Source: a virus (taxonomy: Duplodnaviria; Caudoviricetes). Taken from it: a DNA stretch of 58,395 nucleotides. The stretch spans positions 1-58,395 of IMG/VR virus record IMGVR_UViG_3300033141_005199, one strand, 5' to 3'. Below, in pieces: positions 36,841 to 45,622 of this stretch. The position numbers and the translations under genes were made by a program. Below the pieces are notes generated by a model, which was not told the DNA's origin, did no database searches, and saw only the letters and a list, made by a program, of their open reading frames with translations. Within the stretch, counting starts at the first letter, position 1. Each line of letters begins with the position of its first letter.

Positions 36841-37722
36841 ATGTTAAACCATAGGGTTAAGATTGGGTGGGCTGGAGACTACCGCCGCAGGGGTAAGCAG
36901 TTTGACTTAGCGTACCTTGTGGCTAGGGAGCTGGACGCGGAGCTGGTGGCGGCTGGTCCGCATAACTCACGTATCTACGTTGAGCACTCTGAGATGCCTG
37001 AGTTCTACCGTAGCGTGGACTGCCTCCTAGTTACAAGCGCGTTTGAGGCTCACCCCTTGGTGGTGTATGAGGCGTTGGCGTGTGGAACACCTGTTCTCAT
37101 GGAGAGACGTGTTGGGGACTGCTACGTTAACAATGTGAGGGGTGTGTTCTACTATAATGGCTTCGACGTTGACAATATCTGTGAGTCTGTGAAGTATGTT
37201 GTCGAGAATAGGGATGCGTTGAGCCGTGAAGCAGTCAAGTGTATAAGGGATGAGTGGACGTGGGATAAGGTTGCCCCACAGTACCATGAGATGGTTGAAG
37301 CCATCACAGACGTGGAGAACCCCTCTATACTGTGGTTAGCGGATGTAAGGGACTGGGCGTGGGGGTTCATGGGTGAGGACGTCAAGAGATACGTGTTCAG
37401 AGACATGGATATAGTGTACACGTCGGAGATGAGTCCACAAGACTTGGATATGGAGGTAGCTGTGCATGACGTGGTGTTTAACCATCCGTGGAAGCTGGTT
37501 AACCATGTGAATGTGCCGAGCCTCACTGGCGTCGTGAACCTGCTGTGTGTGGCGAACCCAGCGTTCATACACCCTGAGAATGCTTCAATGTTCTATAAGG
37601 CGCTGGTGTCCGCATCCGCGTTGACTACGGTGTCGAAGCCCATAGTAGATGTCTTGAGGTTTATGGGTAAGCCTGTGTTCTACGCTACTAGGGGCGTGAA
37701 CGTGGAGCTATTCCACCCCTAG
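36841..37722 (+). CDS. GT-B (GT4-like) glycosyltransferase, apparently circularly permuted
   Basis: Donor domain (GWAG...K...EAHPLVVYEALACGTP) comes first; the acceptor domain follows and ends in GVNVELFHP. Confidence 0.75.
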   Translation: MLNHRVKIGWAGDYRRRGKQFDLAYLVARELDAELVAAGPHNSRIYVEHSEMPEFYRSVDCLLVTSAFEAHPLVVYEALACGTPVLMERRVGDCYVNNVRGVFYYNGFDVDNICESVKYVVENRDALSREAVKCIRDEWTWDKVAPQYHEMVEAITDVENPSILWLADVRDWAWGFMGEDVKRYVFRDMDIVYTSEMSPQDLDMEVAVHDVVFNHPWKLVNHVNVPSLTGVVNLLCVANPAFIHPENASMFYKALVSASALTTVSKPIVDVLRFMGKPVFYATRGVNVELFHP

Positions 37723-37921
37723 GAAGCACCCCTCAACGGATGCCACTGCATCTTCTCCACGTAGTCGCAGTCCAGGCATATAACTATGATGTCCTTATTC
37801 TCCCCATATGGGGGTATGAGGGCTAGTCTTCCACCGCAACGCGGACAGGTGAACTCAGTGAACTCAGTATTCATCACGTTGTGCTATGCAACCGTGTCTT
37901 AAAACAGTATCGCTTAACACA

Positions 37922-37990
37922 TTTCACCACTACAAGGTAGTAAATTCATTGTTACCACTTGTGGGTGGTTAATAACAATACCCTTATATA
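37922..37990 (+). promoter_or_regulatory. Late-type promoter with tandem ACCAC-N6-GTRGT palindromes (copy 1)
   Basis: Near-identical to 42499-42570; ends in CCCTTATATA. Confidence 0.75.
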
Positions 37991-38061
37991 TCTCCAGACA
38001 CCTATAAAAGTAAGCCCGAAGACACTCAGGGCGGGCGCAAGGATATGGGTGCGAAGTAGAT

Positions 38062-38325
38062 TTGGGGGTACAAGGCGAAGTATTCGAGATAACATCATCC
38101 ACAACATATACGGGTGATGGAAGCCTATTCTGGATATATATACACGCGACGGCGGATACAACTGTAACGATCTCAGATAACACAGATGAGAAGATAAGCC
38201 TGTATCAGGCGGCGGACACCAGCGGACCGATAACTGTGTTCACCCCTGCTATAAGGGTTAGGACAAGCCTTAAGATAACGATAAGCGGGACTGCGAAGGT
38301 GAGTGTGTGTCACAACGTGAGTTAG
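38062..38325 (+). CDS. Putative virion protein
   Basis: Beta-rich; first gene after the late promoter. Confidence 0.55.
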   Translation: MGVQGEVFEITSSTTYTGDGSLFWIYIHATADTTVTISDNTDEKISLYQAADTSGPITVFTPAIRVRTSLKITISGTAKVSVCHNVS

Positions 38326-38326
38326 G

Positions 38327-38614
38327 GTGGTGGTTGAAGTGTTGGGGAAACTGAATATATGGAGGAGGCTCAGGGAGGCTGAGGAGAAGGTGTGTCAGCT
38401 GGAGGACAGGGTGACGCTCTACGAGGCAATAGTCACTGAGCTATGCGAGGAACACGTCGATACAGCTGAGATGCTTCTTAAACTATCCACATTGGTTGGG
38501 AGGCTGGCTGAGGCGTCGATGAGAAGCAGTGAAGCCAGCAGGAGTGTGGTGGATACGCTTAGAGCAGTTGACCTTACCCTTAGAAACGGGTTAACGGAGG
38601 CAGAGGACAGGTGA
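38327..38614 (+). CDS. Coiled-coil hypothetical protein
   Basis: Operon context. Confidence 0.55.
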   Translation: MVVEVLGKLNIWRRLREAEEKVCQLEDRVTLYEAIVTELCEEHVDTAEMLLKLSTLVGRLAEASMRSSEASRSVVDTLRAVDLTLRNGLTEAEDR

Positions 38615-38943
38615 CGGGCGTCAGGTATAAGGTGTGGGATGGAGCTACATCTGACTCATATCAGGCGACGCAGAAGCCGAAGTGCCTAGGGTGGAGAGTC
38701 AAGCTAATATACATTAAGAACAACCATGGCTCCAACAGCATAGCGTACAAGATATACGGTGAGGCGGATTCACGTGACACAGCGGACAGCACACACCTAC
38801 TGCTAGGTGAGACAACGCTCGCCGCAGGTGGCACAGCGATATACCGCACAGAGGATCCGTGGGACAGTGTCTACGTGTCCGTTAAGAATGCTTCAGCTGG
38901 GAGCGATGCATCCGCCGTCATATGGATTAATGGGGGTGAGTAG
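38611..38943 (+). CDS. Putative virion protein
   Basis: Beta-rich; structural region. Confidence 0.55.
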   Translation: MTGVRYKVWDGATSDSYQATQKPKCLGWRVKLIYIKNNHGSNSIAYKIYGEADSRDTADSTHLLLGETTLAAGGTAIYRTEDPWDSVYVSVKNASAGSDASAVIWINGGE

Positions 38944-38945
38944 CT

Positions 38946-39965
38946 GTGAGCCTCAAGGCATCTGACTTGACGGCTGGGGCGAACCAGGTTGGGTTCGACG
39001 ACACCGTTATAACTGTGAATAAGGATGACACCATTGACATCAACGTTGCGGGTGCAGTTGACTTCGAGGTGTCGAGTAACCTGTTCACAGCTAAGTCTGG
39101 CAGCGTGTTTAAGGTTGACGAGATACAGGAGTCTACATCTGGTAGCGGTGTGACTGTTGACGGGGTGCTTCTTAAGGATGGCGGAGTATCAGCGTCTTCT
39201 CTTAAAGTCCAAAATGCAGGAGATGTTAGAACAATTCTCATTGATGATGCATATTATATGTTTAAGGCATGGGATAACGTCTCAAATCTTAAAGAGGTGG
39301 CACGCCTACAATCTGCATCTGATCCATATTTCTCCTTCGGTGGTTCTCAAGAGCACAAATTCTACTTCAGTGGGGCATACGACGCCTCTGCTAGGATCAA
39401 GATGGTGTCTGATACTAAAATATGGTTTCGAGACTCTGCCGTCTACATTAACAGTAACGATGATGGACACTTAGATATTACAGCAGATACTAGTGTGGAT
39501 ATTAACGCTCCACTCGTAGCCACAACTGATGCAACGTTTAACGGAGATTTAACCGTAACGGATGGTTCGCAATATGTAAAATTATTTGATTCTGCTTATA
39601 TTAGATCTGAGAGATCGAATTACTGGAACACCCTCATTGAAGGAAGAGTAATCGGAGATGCATATTCTAGGATAAAAATTGATATAGGTGATGGGATCTA
39701 CTTTGGTGATGGATCAAGTGCACATGATGTTAATTTGTACCGTGATTCAGCTAATGTCCTAAAGACAGATGATAAACTAGTGGTTGGTGGTGTTTTAGAG
39801 CTACATGACGTGCTTGACTTGACGAATATTGGGGCAGGAAACCCCTTGATAAAGGTTGTTGCGACAAGTGATACGCCCAGCAGTAGTCCTGAAACCGACC
39901 CAGAGCAGGGGTGGATAGAAATAGACATCGGTGGCACAAGCTACTACATCCCATACTACAACTAA
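38946..39965 (+). CDS. Putative fiber/spike protein
   Basis: GVTVDGVLLKDG, DVNLYRDSANVLKTDD, C-terminal GTSYYIPYY. Confidence 0.6.
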   Translation: MSLKASDLTAGANQVGFDDTVITVNKDDTIDINVAGAVDFEVSSNLFTAKSGSVFKVDEIQESTSGSGVTVDGVLLKDGGVSASSLKVQNAGDVRTILIDDAYYMFKAWDNVSNLKEVARLQSASDPYFSFGGSQEHKFYFSGAYDASARIKMVSDTKIWFRDSAVYINSNDDGHLDITADTSVDINAPLVATTDATFNGDLTVTDGSQYVKLFDSAYIRSERSNYWNTLIEGRVIGDAYSRIKIDIGDGIYFGDGSSAHDVNLYRDSANVLKTDDKLVVGGVLELHDVLDLTNIGAGNPLIKVVATSDTPSSSPETDPEQGWIEIDIGGTSYYIPYYN

Positions 39966-40045
39966 ACAATTTTAGTTTTATTTAATTACTCATCATTGTT
40001 TTATTTAGTTGTTTACCACAGTATATTCATTCCAAGCTGTTCAAT

Positions 40046-40258
40046 ATGTTTATATATGGTGATGAAGCGTATTTACATGTTATACTTGGTGTCGAGATGC
40101 CAACCTACGTGAATAACTCAGCCACGCTGTCAACCAGCAACATCAACAAAAACAACCAAGACACCAAGCTCCATATAACAGGTAACAGGTACTGCACCTA
40201 CATACAGAACAGGTTAGAGGCAAACAGGGCAGTGAGGCATATTACGGGGGGTAGTTAG
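40046..40258 (+). CDS. Small hypothetical protein (start probably the ATG near 40097)
   Basis: TATA near 40049 precedes MPTYVNN. Confidence 0.45.
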   Translation: MFIYGDEAYLHVILGVEMPTYVNNSATLSTSNINKNNQDTKLHITGNRYCTYIQNRLEANRAVRHITGGS

Positions 40259-40430
40259 CTGTGGCTAATGAAAAGATTGTCGTTGTAAAGCTCATCGGCG
40301 GGTTCGCAGTGAGGGCTCAGGTGGGCGACGTGGATTTAGAATACGTTAAGGGATTGGTGGCTGGCAGGTATCTTGAGAAATATCCTGGTTTCCAGCTTAT
40401 CAGAGTGGAGGTGGAGGAGGTAGACGGCGA

Positions 40431-40739
40431 GTGAGTGATAAACATGTGGGGCTGGATGAGCGTCTGAATCAGCTATACGTGGATGTGGCGAAGATATGCG
40501 GAGTCATCGACGAGATGGGTGACAGGTTAACGGATCAGAGTAAGAGTCTGCGGACTCTTAACCATAACAGCACATCGATGGCTACAACCATAGCTCGGCT
40601 AGAGGTGAAGGTTGACAACAATACCTCGATGATTAAAAACCTTAAGAAGGAGATCAGCGACAACATTAAACTGTGGCTGACAGTGTTCAGCATAGCGGTG
40701 AGCATAATAACGTTTATAATAAACTATTATAGGGTGTAA
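40431..40739 (+). CDS. Coiled coil plus C-terminal TM protein
   Basis: Heptads, then LWLTVFSIAVSIITFII. Confidence 0.65.
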   Translation: MSDKHVGLDERLNQLYVDVAKICGVIDEMGDRLTDQSKSLRTLNHNSTSMATTIARLEVKVDNNTSMIKNLKKEISDNIKLWLTVFSIAVSIITFIINYYRV

Positions 40740-40759
40740 CATGTGGAGGCTGAATATTA

Positions 40760-41503
40760 GTGGGAACATATGTCAGTGAGGAAGACGTAGAGGCGTTAAC
40801 GCAGATAACGATAAACGAGTCAAGCGTACCAACCAGCACACAGGTCTCAGCGTGGATAACACAGGTAGAGGCACGCGTAGAGGAACGTGCACTGGGAAGC
40901 CACACAGCGACAGACGAGTACATAGACGTCCCAGCCTACACCAGCAACACTGGAATCTACAACTACAGGTACAACAGCGACACAGACATCGTGCAGTTCG
41001 GCGACCCCCAGTCGCCCAACATAGTCCCACTAACCAGCATAAGGCGACCACTAATCAGCATCACCAAACTCGAGAAAAACGATGAAGACTACACGGAGTC
41101 ACCCAACTGGGTTGAGTTAACCGAGGGGCCTGCTGACGGGGCAGACTACCTGCTACTACGCAGCGGTGGGAAGCAGCACGGCTACGCACTCTACTTCATA
41201 GATAACCCGCCTAAGCCCGGTCCTAAGAGGCTCCGCATATCATATAGTTATGGGCATAATGTTAGCACCAGCATCCTTAAAGAGTACTGCACTAAGCTGG
41301 TTGCGGTGAATGTGCTTGAAGCCCGCATGGGCACCAGCAGCGTGGATGGTTTATCGTATCTTGACGCTGGGGCGTTCGGAGTCGCTATGAACACTAGGTA
41401 TGTTGAGCGGATCCAGCGGTGGCTTGAGGATATTAGGGAGATTGAGGACAGGTATTTCCCAGATGACAGTGAGAAGGGTGGAGTACCCCACGTGGTGCTG
41501 TAG
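40760..41503 (+). CDS. Head-tail adaptor
   Basis: YVSEEDV, ISYSYGH...KEYCTKLVA; synteny. Confidence 0.65.
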   Translation: MGTYVSEEDVEALTQITINESSVPTSTQVSAWITQVEARVEERALGSHTATDEYIDVPAYTSNTGIYNYRYNSDTDIVQFGDPQSPNIVPLTSIRRPLISITKLEKNDEDYTESPNWVELTEGPADGADYLLLRSGGKQHGYALYFIDNPPKPGPKRLRISYSYGHNVSTSILKEYCTKLVAVNVLEARMGTSSVDGLSYLDAGAFGVAMNTRYVERIQRWLEDIREIEDRYFPDDSEKGGVPHVVL

Positions 41504-41505
41504 GG

Positions 41506-42033
41506 TTGAGGCGGTACTACGAGTTAACGGACAGCAGGCAGGTTAAAAGGTTCTACGCCGACCTGAAGCTAGCCATAGATAGAACCCGCGTCGACGTAGT
41601 TGACAGATGCATACAGTACGCTGGGAACTCAGCTAGGGGATTATCCATCTACCGTATGCCGAGCAGCGGTGGAAGCTACGCTAGAAGCCACCATAAGAGA
41701 ACTTCACACGACCCCATTGGCACGCTTGGAACCAGCGTAGGCGAAGCATACAACGACCATAAGTGGGCGGCGGCAGTCGAGTATGGTACACGTAGCCACG
41801 TGATTAGAAGCAGAGGCAGATACCCTCTGCGGATAACTAAGAAGCTCCCAGGCGACGCGGGTAAAGAGACGCCGTACGGCGTAAAGTACATAGATGTTGA
41901 CATCAACGATAAATACGCTGTCACCCATAGGGGGGCTAGGGCTTTCTACATATACACTGAGGCGTTCTCAAGGCTCGTCAGGAAGCTCCCAGGCTTCATG
42001 CGTAAGGTTTTTAAGAGGTACTTCGTGAGGTAA
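41506..42033 (+). CDS. Neck/tail completion protein (HK97 gp10-like)
   Basis: AAAVEYGTRSHVI...VTHRGARA. Confidence 0.7.
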   Translation: MRRYYELTDSRQVKRFYADLKLAIDRTRVDVVDRCIQYAGNSARGLSIYRMPSSGGSYARSHHKRTSHDPIGTLGTSVGEAYNDHKWAAAVEYGTRSHVIRSRGRYPLRITKKLPGDAGKETPYGVKYIDVDINDKYAVTHRGARAFYIYTEAFSRLVRKLPGFMRKVFKRYFVR

Positions 42034-42036
42034 TGA

Positions 42037-42486
42037 TTGATGACTGCTTTATCGTATTCAACGTATATAACGAGCATAAAGGACAGCTTGAAGAGTGTTA
42101 TAGATGGTACGACGAGCTTCAACGGGAAGGTTTCAGCCGACGCGGTTAACGAGGAAACCAGCACGCTGTCAGCGAGAATCGAGTTAACCAGCGACGAGGT
42201 ACTGGGGGACGGTGGGCCAGGCATCGTGCACCATAATACGGGGTTCACGGTTAAAGTCAGGTATCTGAGTGGCGTGGATGAGGATGACTTAGATGCCCTT
42301 GTGGGGTATGTTGGCGAGATAGTTAACGCGATAGAGGCTGATAGGACGCTTGGCAACAGCTACATATTGAACACTGAGGTTACTCAAACCGAGTACAGTG
42401 TTCAGGTGGCTGACCCTGGTGCACCGTTGATTATGAGGCATTGTCATATATCGGTTGAGGTGGAGGGTCTGCGTAACACTAACTAG
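42037..42486 (+). CDS. Tail terminator
   Basis: Synteny; EADRTLG. Confidence 0.6.
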   Translation: MMTALSYSTYITSIKDSLKSVIDGTTSFNGKVSADAVNEETSTLSARIELTSDEVLGDGGPGIVHHNTGFTVKVRYLSGVDEDDLDALVGYVGEIVNAIEADRTLGNSYILNTEVTQTEYSVQVADPGAPLIMRHCHISVEVEGLRNTN

Positions 42487-42498
42487 CATTCCTCAACA

Positions 42499-42570
42499 TT
42501 TTCACCACTGCTGGGTAGTAAAATCATCTTTACCACTTGTGGGTGGTTAAAACAGCAATACCCTTATATA
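42499..42570 (+). promoter_or_regulatory. Late-type promoter with tandem ACCAC-N6-GTRGT palindromes (copy 2)
   Basis: Repeat of 37922-37990, upstream of the tail tube gene. Confidence 0.75.
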
Positions 42571-42621
42571 CGGCAATCGGGTTCTCAACAATAGAAAACA
42601 GATAGACAGAGGTTATGTTAT

Positions 42622-43638
42622 ATGTCACGTTACATTGGATTCGCCGAAGAGACCACGTTCGGTACAAAGGGAACCACAGTCATGGACTTCAGGTTCCTAA
42701 ACGAGACGGTGGGCACGACCCGCGAAGACTTCTTCCCAGAGACAGCGGAGTACTGGACGCCCACCAGTAAGGTAGACGGGTTCTTCAGGGGTGGAGGCGA
42801 CATAGTTATCCCCGTTGACCCTGTGCAGTTCCCCAAGCTACTTGTCCTCCACATGGGTGACCCGACCACAACTGGTCCAGATGACTCAGCGTATGAACAC
42901 GTATTCAAGTATGGTGGAAACGAGTCGGTTAGCGCAACAGGTGTTAAGCCGTTCACGCTCTACAAGGGTGTCGGGATAGAGAAGGATAGACTGTTCCTCG
43001 GATGCCTCATAGAGAACCTGACACTGGACTGCGTTAACCGTGAACCTGTGACAGCCACAGTGTCCGTGATACACAGCGGACATGAGACTCTGGAAACCGC
43101 TAGAACACCAGACTACTCAGCATATGATCCACCTCGATTCTTCAGCTTCGCCAAAGTCGCAACCATGACGATAGGCGGCGCAGATAGGCTTTCAACCGCC
43201 CCGACGATAGAGGCGTTCCACGGAAGCCTACCTAGAAGCTACGATACGGATCACTACGTGCTGGGCAACCCGTACCTAGCCGCACCAAGCCTAAGCGGGT
43301 TCGCCATACCGACTGGAAGCATGGATCTAAGCTTCACCAGCGAGGATGAGCATGAGCGCTTCCTAGGCTCGGTTGGGGCGTCTGAGACGGGGGATCAGAG
43401 TAGCTTCGCGATAGTGTTGGAGCTTCAGGGAGCGTTAATAGGCTCTAGCTCCAAGTACGGTATTAAGATAGAGATACCGAAGGCGTATTATACGGGTGAG
43501 GGTAGTGTGGCTAACGTTACTGGCAGAGACCGCATCGTGCAGACGGTTAACTGGCGTGGAGCCTATGATAGCAGTGAGGCGTGTAGCGCTAAGATCACGG
43601 TGACTAACATAACTGATGACTACACGTCTCTGAGCTAA
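42622..43638 (+). CDS. Major tail tube protein
   Basis: IGFAEETTFGT, YEHVF, GCLIENL, IEIPKA; synteny. Confidence 0.8.
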   Translation: MSRYIGFAEETTFGTKGTTVMDFRFLNETVGTTREDFFPETAEYWTPTSKVDGFFRGGGDIVIPVDPVQFPKLLVLHMGDPTTTGPDDSAYEHVFKYGGNESVSATGVKPFTLYKGVGIEKDRLFLGCLIENLTLDCVNREPVTATVSVIHSGHETLETARTPDYSAYDPPRFFSFAKVATMTIGGADRLSTAPTIEAFHGSLPRSYDTDHYVLGNPYLAAPSLSGFAIPTGSMDLSFTSEDEHERFLGSVGASETGDQSSFAIVLELQGALIGSSSKYGIKIEIPKAYYTGEGSVANVTGRDRIVQTVNWRGAYDSSEACSAKITVTNITDDYTSLS

Positions 43639-43651
43639 GAGGTGAGTTGCG

Positions 43652-43993
43652 GTGAGTGACAATATGCTTGACGCCTATATGAGGTTGACGACACGCAGCG
43701 TGGTTGAGCGGATTGGGGACGGGGAAGTAGAGTGGACGGTGACCGTGATGTCACCTATGGCTACGGCGAAGCTCCTAAGCATCATACCTAACATAGATGA
43801 GGAGGTGGACGTTGACACGTTAATCAGGGAACACTACTTGATGATAGCACAGGACATCGTGTACCCGTGCATAGTGTCCCCGAAGATACCAGTCGAGAGG
43901 CTAACCGCTAAGACGGTGACAACCCTGTTCCCAGAGATATTTGAGATGAGCTTCCCGAAAGGGGAGGGTGATGACGGGTTTCGCGAAGAGTGA
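43652..43993 (+). CDS. Tail assembly chaperone (G-like)
   Basis: Between tube and TMP; ends GGG TTT CGC GAA GAG TGA. Confidence 0.7.
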   Translation: MSDNMLDAYMRLTTRSVVERIGDGEVEWTVTVMSPMATAKLLSIIPNIDEEVDVDTLIREHYLMIAQDIVYPCIVSPKIPVERLTAKTVTTLFPEIFEMSFPKGEGDDGFREE

Positions 43994-44222
43994 CGTCGCG
44001 TACACAATAGATCTAATCTGCAGGAGGTATGGGGGGGTTCGCCCAAGCGAGGTGCTGGGCTACCACCCGATGGATGGGAGGGGGCTGCTCATGGACATAG
44101 CTATAGCTAAGCACTCAGCTATGAGGGACGCTGAGTCGGAGACGGTGAAGGGGAGGTATGAGGCTATGAAGGCTACGTGGGATAAGGATACGTATGACGA
44201 GGTTAGGAGGTTTATGATGTGA
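43968..44222 (+). CDS. Tail chaperone extension (T-like) in the +1 frame
   Basis: Overlaps the 3' end of the chaperone; RYGGVRPSEVLG. Confidence 0.6.
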   Translation: MMTGFAKSDVAYTIDLICRRYGGVRPSEVLGYHPMDGRGLLMDIAIAKHSAMRDAESETVKGRYEAMKATWDKDTYDEVRRFMM

Positions 44223-45619
44223 GCACGGTTGTAGGAAACATTAAGATTAAGGTTAGCTTCTCGTCAGGTAACTCGGATAAGAGGATTAGAAGCCTTAACA
44301 AGAGCACGGCTCAGCTAGCGTCAAGCCTCAGAGGCATAGGAACCACGCTTAGACGCGTCGGTAGGACGCTGAGCATAACCAGCTTCGTGATGGGCATAGT
44401 CGCCCGCCAAATGGTTAAACACGTAACAGGAATCGGGAACGCGATCATGGGTGTCGTGAAGGAGTCCGCCAACATGGACCGCGCCATGAAGTTCCTAAGC
44501 GACACGCTCTACGGCTTAGCGCTGTCAGGCATGCTGACTGACGACAGGTTCAGTGACGTCATGTCCACTTGGCAGGGTATGATGGATGACAGTATGCAGT
44601 TGTCAGGCATACTGGCTAGCCTCAACGAGAAGTTCCAGAGTATGAAGAACGCCGTAGCTGAGGGTGCCATACCGTCGCTGCAAGACCTTGACTCAGAGTT
44701 CAACGAGTTCGACTTATCAGGCTTCAACGCTATACTGGAGGAGGCTACAAACGCGTTCCTCACACCAATCGTGGATAAGATAAAGGAGCTTATCGGCGAC
44801 GAGAAAAGCGGGTTAGAGGGACTGAGGAGCAAGATAGTCACAATAGCGTCGCTTGGAGGAGAGTTCGCGGCAGGGTTCCTTGAGGGCATAGATAAGCTGT
44901 TAACCAAGGTATCTGAGTTCATAGGTGATGACACGGAGGGTGCCACAGGGATGGCTAACAAGCTCGGCGAAATATCCGCATATATGCTTGCCTTCGCCCC
45001 CGGGGGGGCTGTGATAGGCTCAATAACAAGCGGGTTCGGCACGTTGCTCAACGTCACTGGCAGTCTGATAGGTAGGGGTGGTGTCATAGGAGTTGGCACT
45101 GGTTTACTTGGCATCATAGCCGTCCTAGGAGGCGTCGCACTCACGACGGATGAGGGGAAAAAGGCGGTGGGGCACTTGGCGGATGCATTCGCCGACCTCG
45201 CCGACGCACTGGACGTAGACTTACTGGGTGCAATACAGAGTGTCGGCAAGAGGATAGCGTGGCTCATAGACTTAACCGCGAAAGCCATAGAGAAAGTAGC
45301 GTCACTGATAAGGAAAATCAGGGAAGTCGAATCCTCGAAGGCGGAGAAGCTGAAGATCATACTAAAACCAGGATCCACTGAAACACAGGTTGAGTCCAAT
45401 CCGTTGAGTAATTGGGTTGAGGGTAGGCAGGGCGGAGGCTTCATCCATAGGACAGGCACATATCTCCTGCATAGGGGTGAGATGGTTGTCCCCCGTAACC
45501 AAGTCTACAACGCTGGGAACGTGACGATTAACATCAGCGGCGGAGACCCCTATAGTATTGCGCGTGAGGTTGAGCGCGTATTGGCTAAGAGGAGCCGTAG
45601 CCCGTTCCTGCCGAGGTGA
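44219..45619 (+). CDS. Tape measure protein (short, 466 aa)
   Basis: Helical Ala/Gly-rich with hydrophobic segments; C-terminal QGGGFI...LLHRGEMVVP. Confidence 0.8.
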   Translation: MSTVVGNIKIKVSFSSGNSDKRIRSLNKSTAQLASSLRGIGTTLRRVGRTLSITSFVMGIVARQMVKHVTGIGNAIMGVVKESANMDRAMKFLSDTLYGLALSGMLTDDRFSDVMSTWQGMMDDSMQLSGILASLNEKFQSMKNAVAEGAIPSLQDLDSEFNEFDLSGFNAILEEATNAFLTPIVDKIKELIGDEKSGLEGLRSKIVTIASLGGEFAAGFLEGIDKLLTKVSEFIGDDTEGATGMANKLGEISAYMLAFAPGGAVIGSITSGFGTLLNVTGSLIGRGGVIGVGTGLLGIIAVLGGVALTTDEGKKAVGHLADAFADLADALDVDLLGAIQSVGKRIAWLIDLTAKAIEKVASLIRKIREVESSKAEKLKIILKPGSTETQVESNPLSNWVEGRQGGGFIHRTGTYLLHRGEMVVPRNQVYNAGNVTINISGGDPYSIAREVERVLAKRSRSPFLPR

Positions 45620-45622
45620 TGA

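Noticed and set aside
44509-45459. Long antisense ORFs (also 52565-53227, 57226-58218, 8404-8892, 51225-51836)
   Set aside because: Shadows of well-supported genes on the opposite strand, with no motifs
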